A stretch of 64,000 nucleotides of DNA, taken from NCBI GenBank assembly GCA_002269645.1, contig NIVC01000434.1, positions 248,001 through 312,000 of the forward strand, in the 5' to 3' direction. Source of the DNA: Macrostomum lignano. Taxonomy: Eukaryota. Of this stretch, positions 1 through 10,600 are shown one piece after another. Both the position numbers and the translations under genes were made by a program. Below the pieces are notes generated by a model. It was given only the letters and a program-made list of their open reading frames with translations, ran no database searches and was not told the origin of the DNA. The number at the start of each line of letters is the position of its first letter. Position 1 is the first letter of the stretch.

Positions 1-64
1 CACTTTGTCGCTGCAGCTGATAGGGCGGCGGGCGCAAACTCGACTGCGGCTGCTGCTGCTGCTG

Positions 65-1881
65 TTGTTGTTGTTGTTGTTGTTGGGGGCAAAGGTGCTG
101 AGGGAGTCAGAGGCTTCGCCTCGCAAGCGCCACCAACCTTGCGGGGGCGACAGTCAGAATCCCGGGGTCCAGGGTGTCCTCGTCGAACAGCTCGAGGCGG
201 AGCCTCCGGAGGGCCGGGCAACCGAGCCAGTGCTCGAGGTCTTCCGGGCCCTCCTCGCAGCGTGGGCAAATGGGGTCTGCCGTCGGGTTGACGATGCGAC
301 TGTATGTGCGGAGAAGGCTGCAGTGGCCCGCACGGAGCCTCGCCAGGAGGACGGCATCCTGACGATTCTGAAGTTCGGCGCAGTCGCGTTGCTGGTTGAT
401 TTCCGCACACAGAAATCGTGCGGGCGTGGGTCAGGGGCGGGTCACCGATCTCGCGCCTGACCGCTGCCACCGCGCTGCTGTACGAGGTGCTCGCTGGCGC
501 GCCAGCGATGGATGCGGCATTCTTGGCGGCTGCGTCCACCATCTCGTTACCAGGGATGCCGCAGTGCGCTGGGATCCACTGGAGAGTGAGGGAGGCAACC
601 CAGCAGTTCAAGTCCGGGAGCGAGCATCTCGGCACAATGCTCATGAGGGCGTCGAGCAGTGCGCGACTGTTGGAGCAGATCAACACTTGGCCAGTGACTT
701 GATGGTCGTTGAGCCAGGCCATGGCCAGTCCGAGGGCGCAGCGCTCCTCGTCGAAGCTGCAGGTCGGCGAGGCGCCGCGGGCAGCGACGGTGTCGACGAC
801 CTGCGGGGAGGCAGGGTCGCCGCAGGTGACCACGCATGCTGCGCCCCCCTCAGAGCAGCCGCCTTCGGTGGAGCCGTCCATGTAAAGAACCAGGTCAGCG
901 TTCGCCGTGCGGATGGATAATATCGCCTGGTCCCTGGCTAAGTCAGCGCTGTCTTGTTGCGTTGTCGGGTGAGCAGCCTGCCTGAGTCTGACAGCGACGG
1001 TCAACAGCAAGCGCGTCACGGTCCAGCCTGCCGCCAGGTGGATCTAAGGGCAGCGGGGGAGCGGTGGGAGGGCTTCGCGGCAGCCCAGGTTTCCCGGCAT
1101 TCTTGCCAGAAGTTGCTAGGCTTTGCATTGCTTTGAAGGTAGTTAGGAGACTGTCTTTAGACCAGCCCCACGACCTGGCAGCGAGGCACGCTAGGAGACG
1201 GCAGCGGTTGCCGACTGTTCTGCAAACTTTGGATACCTGTTTGCTAAAGGAAAGCGTGCGGTCAAGATAGACGCCCAAGAAATGAGGGCTGCTGCAGAAC
1301 AGAATGGTAGTGTCGTTGAGGCAGATGCTGGGCTGGAGGGCGGCCTGATGCGGGTCGGTAGTGAACAGGGCGCATTCGCTTTTGGTCGGGTTCAGCACCA
1401 TGTGGTTGCCTCGGCTCCAGTTCGCGATGCAGTTGACCGCGTCTTGGAGGACTAGTGTAGCTGTTGCGATGTCGTTGCTCTGGCTGCGGAGGGCAATGTA
1501 GTCAGCATACATCAGGGCGTCAACTTGCGCCGGGATGGCCGACACCACAGGGTCCAGAAACAATAAAAAGCAGCAGGGTGATGACTGAGCCCTGCGGGAG
1601 CCCTTGGCAAAGCCGGCGGTAGTGTCCGTTGGTGCCGTTGACGCACACGCGGGCTTGGCGGTTGCTGAGAAAGGCGCGGACCCACCGGACGTAGATCCCT
1701 GGTACACCTTTCTCAATGAGAGTGAGGAGTAGGCGCTCAATCCAGACTTTGTCATAGGCTTTACTAAAATCGAGAAACGCCATGATGGAGCGCAGCATGG
1801 GCGAGTTCTGGAAGCCGTCGCTGATGCTCTGGACAGCTGACAGAATTTGGTCCTCGTAGCTGCGGAGTCGGCGGAAGCCAG
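65..1881 (-). mobile_element. 5'-truncated, internally deleted non-LTR retrotransposon (RNase H-bearing, I-group-like): RT + RNase H + CCHC finger, (CAA)7 tail
   Basis: Minus-strand translation gives the RT motifs AGFRRLRSYEDQI, AFLDFSKAYDKVW, GLPQGSVI, MYADY and FLGVYLDRTLSF (1881-1130). RNase H motifs LYMDGS, CSFDEERCAL and LQWIPAHCGIPGNEMVDAAAK lie at about 905-520. The C-terminus ARLRAGHC..CPRCEEGPEDLEHWLGC is followed by a stop at 107-109 and a (CAA)7 tail at 65-85. Frameshifts are present. Confidence 0.92.
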
Positions 1882-3066
1882 CTGCTGCTGCTGCTGCTGG
1901 CGACGTTGACCTCCTGCTGGCGGCGTTCTCGGCGGCGGGTTGCTGCCGTCGCGTGGTTGCTGAAGTCGATGGAACTGGTCATGTTGCACAATTCGTGTGC
2001 TGGGCGTCGTAAACTGGGCGCTTCCGTCGGCGCTGCGGCGAGGAGTCGATGGTACCAAACATCTGGAGTGTTGCCCCCACGAGTCCCGCGGCTGGTGACG
2101 AGGTTCCCATGGCTCTGGGGCGTCGTTATCGCGCGATCCCCGTGAGTAGAACTCTCGCATCTCATTGCTCAATGTCTCTAATAGGCGTCGCTGCTCTTGC
2201 AGAGTCTCGGCTTGTTGTTCCATGACCTCACGCAACTAGTTCTCCTCGGGCCGAGATGACTTGTCGTGTTGCACCACAGTGGGTGTCTGACCGTTGTCAT
2301 TCTCCAGGACCTGGACGTGTCTCGCTGCTGGTGGTGGCGCTACACGCTGAGCCAGGCTAGCTGCTGTTTCTAGGCGTAGCACAGCCCTTCTCGCTGCGGT
2401 CAGATTCGGCGGTCGCACCAGAATGAGCTGTTCTCTGGCTGACTGAGCTATCCGCACTCCCACAGTGAATTGATCCACCAGTTCAGCCTGCTTTTGAACC
2501 GGAGTAAAATGCGGGAACGCTCGATCGGCCAGAGCAATTAGCCGGTCGCTGTAGTCGTCCACACTCTCGTTCTTGCCTTGCTGGCAGCTTCGGAATTGCT
2601 CCCGGTACTCCAGCATGTCGGCGACATGCGTAAAACATTCAGACAATCGTTGTTTGAACTCACCAAACGTAAGATTCTCTGGCAGTTCCATCCTGACAAT
2701 TGCGGGGTAGGCTGTGGCGATGTCCAAATTCACGAGGACCTCCGCCTTCTTTCGTCTGTCGTCATTGATCCCGTTGAGCTTGCATCGCTCTTCGAGAGCC
2801 TTGATCCAGACGTCAAATTCCTGGTTGGGCGTGTACCGCTGAATCTTGACCCATTTTGGTGCCGGAGCTCGATCCTGCTGCTGGGGCTGCTGGTACACAT
2901 GATGATGGTGTTGCGGCTAGCCTAGGCTAGTCTGCTCCAGTCGCCGGCGCACCTCCTCGGTCACCGCCTGAATCATCTCGTCGTAGGTCGGTCGTGGTGT
3001 TGAGTTTTCGGGGCCTGCGGCGTTGGCTGTCGCGTCCGCGGCCGTTGGATCAGTAGTTGAAGCCAT
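1882..3066 (-). pseudogene. gag: LTR-retrotransposon (Ty3/Gypsy-like) gag, disrupted
   Basis: One reading frame runs from ATG 3066 (MASTTDP) through a gag/CA-like region (FDVWIKALEERCKLNG...YREQFRSCQQGKNESVDDYSDRLIALADRAFP) to a Q-tract at 1882. In-frame TAGs occur at 2917-2919 and 2236-2238. The frame resumes at 64-1, beyond the LINE. Confidence 0.85.
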
Positions 3067-3463
3067 AGTATAGCGTTTGAACAACTCGTTGAAAAGGTTT
3101 CGGCGTTTTGTAATCCCACTTAGCTGACCACCAGTGAGGTGCAGGTGGAGAAGAACTTTCTTAGGACAGTTGTTTTTTAATTTGCTGACACCAGTGAGGT
3201 GGGGCGGATTCCTCGTTTGAATTGCCGCCGGCATTGAGTTTGCACGAATAAAACCGGAAAAACACGCAGACAAATCACAATGAAATTTCTTCTCCTGTTT
3301 TACTCCGACAGCCGGGTTCTCAAGTCCGGGGGAAGGGTAGTCGTAATCGTAGCGGAGCGGTCGTTAGTGGCGCGGTTGTTCAAAGCGGTGAAACAACAGA
3401 GATTTTTGACTCCGAAAATTGATGCGTCGGTTATCTGAACTCGTTACTTTCAGTAGGGTAGTT

Positions 3464-3473
3464 GCTGCCACCA
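3464..3473 (-). promoter_or_regulatory. Primer-binding site TGGTGGCAGC (tRNA-Leu-type)
   Basis: Lies 1 nt inside the LTR end (..TTACA g TGGTGGCAGC). It is complementary to the GCUGCCACCA 3' end known for tRNA-Leu(AAG/UAG). Confidence 0.75.
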
Positions 3474-3474
3474 C

Positions 3475-3668
3475 TGTAATTTATGTATTACGGAACGAAT
3501 AAGTCTCAGAGCTTTCTTCGAGATGAGAACTTTGGTTATTTTATGCCCCACGGGCAAATGACTCAAGAGAATACTATGGCCTTGGATTAGTGAATAAATA
3601 TAGTTAATTATTGGAATTTATTAGATTGACTTATTTCAAGCAGGCTGGATAATAAAATAAATATTACA
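3475..3668 (-). mobile_element. 5' LTR (194 bp) of the Gypsy-like element
   Basis: Termini TGTAAT...ATTACA form a 6-bp inverted repeat. It is adjacent to the PBS and upstream of gag. Confidence 0.8.
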
Positions 3669-4766
3669 CGACACTACGCAGATGAGACGCGGGCCGAGGT
3701 CGAAAAATGTTTCGACTGGGCTTAAACGAGCAGAAAACAGTAGCACTAAATTTAAATGGTAGTAGAAGAAGTAGTAGAAGAAGCAGTTGAAGGAGCAGTT
3801 GAAGGAGCAGTTGAAGGAGCAGTAATATAAATCATCGCTTTAAATAGAGGGGAGTGACTGGTCACGCAGTGGAGACAGAGGCTGGGCATGCACAGTGGGA
3901 GAGAAAATCACGTAAAAGGGGCGGCTTAAACACATAGGAAAAAACAAAATTACGGCACACATCCAACTCCGTGTAAGCAGTACATGTTGCGGGTATAGAC
4001 AGAAACCAACATCAGGAGTGATGTCACTCCAATAAAGGGGGAAACGCAGCGGTTCACCATGCACATGCAAAAATTAAACATGCCAAATTCCAGTCATCGC
4101 ATCTTACGTGGCAACCCGCCTGCCACAATACTTTCGACGCATCGATGCGAAGTTATTTTCTGAGAATTAATACTAATTCTGAGAATTTCTGAGAATTATA
4201 TTTATATGCAACATATTAGCTCTGGAACTTTCAGAAAAATCCTAGCATTATAATAAATTATAATTAATAAGGCATTTACATTACACTTCCATGCGAAGCT
4301 TGATGACATAATTAGTTATTCGGATTTATATATTATATATATTGGCAGACGAAACGACTATATCGTATATTGGCAGACGAAAAGGCAGCAGACAAAATGA
4401 CCATCAAAATAGTAGGGGGCTACTTTTTAACAAGATAGGCTTAGAGTAGACTGGCAATTGTCCAATTTGTTTTGCAATATTATTCTCAGGTTTGAATTGG
4501 TGCTGCAACATAATGACACGACTTACCATTTTAAACTAAAATAAAGAAGTGAATAATATTGTAAAACAAACTGGAAGATTGCCAATAATTCATATAGAAA
4601 GAGGTAGAGGCTAGAGTTTATCAATATTTTTTGAATAGACATTATAAGCCTATCTGACATTCAACTAACAAGATCAATACTTTATTCAAATATTAATTTT
4701 TTAATGAATTCATTCCATTTTATGCTTAGGCCTATCTCTATTGTATTACAATAGTCATATTTATGC

Positions 4767-5371
4767 CATAGTCAGGATCATGTCATGGTATACGCCGGAA
4801 TAAAATCTATGCCAGAAAAATCTATGCCACTCTATACTGAAACGTACGCCAAGGTCCTAGGAACTTACGCCAGGTTTTCTAGGCTTTGCGAAAATAAATG
4901 ACCTTTTTTGTACCATGAACTTCGTGAAGATTACAAATAAATGATTTCTTTTTTTCAAATAAATTATTTAAAAATGTTTAATTTTCATTTAAAGTAAAAC
5001 AGAAAGAAAACAAAAATCAATTTTTTGTTAAAGTTTTTTTTAGAAAATTACACGATTAGTTTGTGTGGAATTTTAAATTTTTATAAATCACGAATAGTTA
5101 TGAACTTTTATCTTACAAGTTTTTACAGTTTTTATGATTTTATAATAAGATTCTGAGGTTATGGCGTTATGCCAACAATTGTTAATATTGAGTTTGGCGT
5201 GAAGGTTGGAGTTGGCATATACTGCTTGGCATAATTACACCACAGTGTCATGCCAAATGGTACGCCAAATATATTTTGTCTCATTTTTTATGCCAATTGT
5301 ATGCCAAAAAAAGTTAAATTTTCAATTGTATGCCAGAAATTTCTGGCATAATGTATATCATCCTGACTATG
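4767..5371. mobile_element. Non-autonomous DNA transposon/MITE with CATAGTCAGGAT TIRs and subterminal TATGCCA motifs
   Basis: The inverted ends catagtcaggat / atcctgactatg match perfectly. Many (T)ATGCCA/TGGCAT(A) motifs cluster near both ends. No clean TSD was found. Confidence 0.55.
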
Positions 5372-6879
5372 GTATTGTAACTATTAACAAGTTTTTGTTT
5401 GAGTATAACTTTAGATTTTAAAATATAAGCAAAAATAGTTGTGGGATTGGAATTCAATGGGTTTCAATAGCTTTTAGAAACTAAAATAGGCCTTAGTCTA
5501 GTCCTAGCTTTTATAATTTGTAATCTTCCTAGGCTTAATTAGCCTAAAATTTAGGTGAATTAATTATAGTATTACAAGGCTATTCATCTCTATTTAAAAT
5601 ATCCCACTAATGCCACCAAAGTTGTAACAGGGCTCTGTCTCTTTATGAAAATCCCTCCTCCTAATCACCAAAAGCTGTAACAAGGGTAATTGTTCTCTAT
5701 AATTACTGCTCTTACTGATTATATTATCTGTCTAATTACTGGTAGTGCATGTACTTTTACTGGTAGCGTATGTACTTTTTTTCAGTAGCATTTTTACTTC
5801 TTGGCCTGAGCAGTCTTTCTGGCACTGAGTCCCTAATTCTATATCTTTCCCAGTTCACTCCTTTAGGAGGGTTTCTCTCAGTCTGGGCATTACTAGGATC
5901 AGAGGGTCATAGTGTACTTTGCTGGGTATTCTACCCTAAGGCAGGTTTCTCAGACTCTAAGCCTGGATTCCTCTACCCTGTGGTAGGATTTCTGCCTTCT
6001 AAGGGCATGTTACTAGACTCCTAAGTCTAGGATTTCTCGTTCTCTGAGAACAGACTGAACTCCCAATTTTGGGGGCAACTCCTAAATTATTCAAAATAAG
6101 TAACACAAGCGAATACCGGCCAAAGGCTGATTTGACTTTGGAAAACTTGACCAATGTTTGAAATAATGGTGCAAGACCAAAAGGAAGGAAGCAGTTATTT
6201 ATTATGGCTCCTGGCTGACTCCCTTTTATAGTTAAATTTTTCCTATTATTTAAAACAAAGTATTAATACATAGGATATTCAGAATATAAGAAATATTTTA
6301 AATATTTGCGTAAAATAACAGCAGTAGTATGTTTTAAATGCAACTTTTTCTAAGAAACTTCTATATAAAACTGGAGGACTATTACAGTAGTGATTTTTGT
6401 ATGCTATACTTTGAATTTGTCAACTATCTTTTTTAAATTTTATATAAGCCTAAAGTCATTCAGTCTATCAATGAAGTCATTTTATCTGCTATGAAATTTG
6501 TAGACTTATTATACTTCTATAAAAATAAACTATAAAGAAAAGAAAAAATACTTTGCCATAAAAAACTTTTAAAATATTTATTTAGCTTCATTAGGAAAAT
6601 AGCAAACTATTTTACCTTTATATATTTTTAAAATTGAACAAAATAATAAGTTCTAGTATAAAAATCTATAAATTACAATGCTTATACAAGATATATATAA
6701 TTTAGCATATATATTGATTATCTATAACTGCCTAAAGGATATATTTACAATAAGTAGCAAAAAATGTAAATGAAGATACAAAATATACTAGCCCAATATT
6801 ATTAAAAATAAGTAGCAAATAATAACTATTATAAACTCAACAAAGAATGCAATAAAAATTAAGGAAACTACATGTAGCT

Positions 6880-7300
6880 TTTGACCTTTTAGCCTTGACA
6901 TATTAATAATTCTTTCTTATCAACTTTGATGTCTTAGTAATTTCTCCTATAAGCCTTGACATCTTAGCAATTCCCTTTAACAACATTAATATATCAGTAC
7001 TTCCAACATAACCCTTAACATCTTAGCTATTCCCCTTACTTTGTCAGCATTGATACTTTAGCAATGCCCTCCCCCCCTAATAAGCCTAGACATCTTAGTG
7101 ATCCTCCCTATATACTATTTAAGCAATTGCCTTGTTAGCCTTGATATCTCAGCACTTATCAGCTTATCACTTTGTAAGCCTATACATTTTAGCATTTCCT
7201 TTTGTAAGCTTATACATTTTAGCATTTCCTTTTGTAAGCCTTCATATCTCAATAATTACCATATAAACCTTGATATCTTAGCAATTCCTTCTGTAAGCAT
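6880..7300. repeat. Degenerate 'AAGCCTTGACATCTTAGCAATT' minisatellite, related to 26340-27280
   Basis: The gccttgacat/atcttagcaatt motif recurs every ~30-60 bp. Confidence 0.5.
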
Positions 7301-7679
7301 TCTATTTTTTAATGTTACTTATTAATAGGTACTTTAATTTTTGTTTCTTTATCTTTTTTGGCAAGTTAAACAGATTATACAGCTAAATTCAATATAATTA
7401 GATACCTCAATTTTTTTAAAATCCATGTATTTTTTTAAATAGTTTATATCCTGTGTGCAAAATTGATTGATATACTTATAGTATTTTTAACTAATAAGTC
7501 TTGCCATATTTAAATAACAATTACTTTAATTTTTGCATTTATAATCTTCTAAAAGAATAAACTTATTTCTTTTTGTTTTGCTTCCCAAATTCAGCCATTA
7601 AGCTTGCAGCATATCTGCACATTGGTATCTATTGTCTGCTACAGCAAAAACACAATTGGCCTAGCCCAATACTGAGTGC

Positions 7680-10600
7680 ATGGCTAGCAATGCTTCAGAA
7701 GCTGGTGCTGGGCCAGCTAAAGAGTCTACCAGCTATCTCAGTCCACTGTACATTTCTGTGCCTGAAAGTAGCTGGCCAATTGTCTATCATCCATCTTATA
7801 ATATCAGTTTTGCTGGCCTAGAAAAGCTTCATCCATTCGATTCGGGCAAATGGGGCAAAATTGTTGGCTTCCTGATTGAGGCTGGACTGCTGCAGCAGCA
7901 TCAGCTTGTGCAGCCACTTGAAGCGCAAGAGGCGGATTTGTTGAAAGTGCACACGGCTGACTATTTGAACTCGCTTAAGGTGCGGTTCGATTGGGCTTGT
8001 AATTTCTTGAATGTGCGAACTTTTCTCACTTCCTCTTTTCCACATTCTCTGGTGCTTTTCCCCTGTTTCCCCTTACCTGTCTCCCTCTTCGGCTCCATTC
8101 CCTTCCCCTGTCCCGTCTCTTCTTTGCCCTCCCCTCTCCCGTCTCTTCTTTGCCCTCCCCTCTCCCGTCTCTTCTTTGCCCTCCCCTCTCCCGTCTCTTC
8201 TTTGCCCTCCCCTCTCCCGTCTCTTCTTTGCCCTCCCCTCTCCCGTCTCTTCTTTGCCCTCCCCTCTCCCGTCTCTTCTTTGCCCTCCCCTCTCCCGTCT
8301 CTTCTTTGCTCTCCCCTCTCCCGTCTCTTCTTTGCCCTCCCCTCTCCCGTCTCTTCTACCTTCCCGTCTCTTCTTCCCCTCTCCCGTCTTTTTCTTTCCC
8401 CTCCCCTCCTCTCTCTCCCGTCTGTTCTTTTTCCTCCCCTCTTTTTCCCCCTTTACCTCTCCCTCTCTTTTCTCCCATCCTCTTTTCTTCTTTCCTTACT
8501 TTGTGTATTGTAAATGAATGGTTTTAGCCTGAACCACAGTATTTTATTGACCTTCTATCCATTCAAACAGTGGAGCGCTAATGTGGCCAGAGTCACGGAG
8601 GTGGGCCTAGTTGCTATGCTGCCAAATTTTATAGTGCAACGCAAAGTACTGAAACCGTTCCGATTTCATGTTGGCGGCACAGTGTTGGTGAGTTATTTCA
8701 AATTTTATTTACAATATGCCACCTATTTACTTATAGTAGCTCTGATATGATTTAGCATAATATTTTTACTATACTCTATCAAAGAAAATTTAGTTGGAAA
8801 AAGTAGTTACCATAAGGATTTTATATTATTTAAGCAGGGTTGGCACATGGCATTAACACGAGCATTGGCACCTCAACAATTTGACTTGAGCCTTGTGATC
8901 TGAGCAATTTCCCTTGAGTCCTGAAATCTATGGAATTCCATCTGAGCTTAAGAATCTGGGCCCTGAGACTTGAGATTCAAACAATTCCCTTTAAGCCTTG
9001 GGATCCGAGCGATTGCCCATGGGCCTGTATTTCATTAGTGATTTTATGAAGATTAACAATAAGCAAGTATCCATCGGTTTGAAATTAATAAGTCGCTGTA
9101 GCAATTAAAATATTTCGTGCGTTCATTGTATTTGTAGAGTTAAGTAGGTAGTAATTGAGTGCATATTCATAATTATTATTATGTTCATTCTGTCACCAAT
9201 AAAAGTACGCGACAAAAGAGAGGTCTGTTTTTACAATACTTTATAACCTTTCTCATTATCAAATTGTCATTACCTATTTGTTGCGCAACTTTAAGCAAAA
9301 AAATTCTACGAGTAACTTCAGTATGAGATGCTAAATATTAATCCAAGCGTATAGTCCCGTCACCAGATTTGTATTAGCAATTATAAGAATATGTATGGGT
9401 GACACTGGCTATTATAACATGCTTGGGCGCAACCTAGGAATTCACCCGGCCGTTTCTATTGGCAACACACACATGTAAGTGGCTATTGGACGGAATAGTA
9501 GTCACGTGACTGCTCTCAGCCAATAGCGACTTACATGTGTGTGTTGCCAATAGAAACGGCCGAGTGATTCCCAAGGTTGCGCATGTATGTAATATTATAA
9601 CATAGCCTTACTGCTTCAAATCACTCCAACTGTTCTGTAAAAAGTCACCCGATCTGGATATTGTTGAGTAAGATTGAACAAGTTCTCATTACTATTTGCC
9701 AAGTTTAAATTCGAATACCTGTGCACCGCCAAGGTGTCCTCGCTTAACTCTAAGAGTGTCCAATTTTTCTGGCGCAATTCGATGCAGCCTTGTCGTTTCT
9801 TTTCGAACCCCTGTTGTTCAGACGGAGTTGCATCCGATGGCAGATTGTCTGAAACGAAATTGAATTAAATTATTTACAGTTTTGTTAAGATAGTGTAGGT
9901 GGGATTCTACAACAGTGAGTATTTTTTTAATTTTTAACCTATTTGGTTAACAAGCACGCGAATGTGTACGCAGGCACACTTGGTGTACGTTTGTGCAATC
10001 AAGTGTAAAAACTCTTTTTCTCATTTCTCATAGCTGTTAGCTTGAAGATTTTGGCCAACTCAAAGCATGACGGTGAAAGAAAATGCCTGATTGTACGAAC
10101 ATTTTATTGGGCTTTTTCTTACTACTCTACTATCAGTAGGCTTTTGCGTAAATATTACGCAAATAAATATCGTTTCTCTTGCCGCAGAAATTTATCGACC
10201 GTGTATAATAACTATGCTCAGATGCAGATATAAGCGCGGGGCTGTCGTACTGAGTGCACTGGTGTTCAAAATCTTATTTGAAAAAAAACTGCGCCTTTCT
10301 GTGTTAGTCTTATTGGAAGACACTCACACTTTCCTTAAATTATTTGTATTTAGCAACTTTGGTTGGTGTTAAGCAAGCAGTCTGTGTTTGTTATATTCGC
10401 TTATCAGTTAGTAAAAAGCAGTTTTTTCACAATATTTATCGTCAGTTGGTGTCTAATGATTTCTTTAATTGATCGTTCAAAGATTTTTAGTTCTTCAGGA
10501 TTCAGAATATTCAAATCTAATTGTTTGGTGAATTTTTTCAAGCGATTGAGTTTAGATGGAGTACACGGGTGAGTGGATGGATCGAGACTTAATATTCAAA

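Noticed and set aside
5-920. Plus-strand ORFs of 151, 174 and 94 aa
   Set aside because: They are antisense shadows of the GC-rich LINE RNase H/CCHC coding region.
943-2235. 430-aa ORF as a real protein
   Set aside because: It is a chance in-frame chimera of gag, the truncated LINE RT and out-of-frame sequence.
8011-8527. ORFs in CT/GA-rich or other tandem repeats (also 35189-36181, 37005-37661, 48171-49322, 50657-51557, 54074-54943)
   Set aside because: They are low-complexity translations of minisatellites, open in several frames because the units lack stops. The ECLRRQN heptad is not evidence of a coiled-coil protein.
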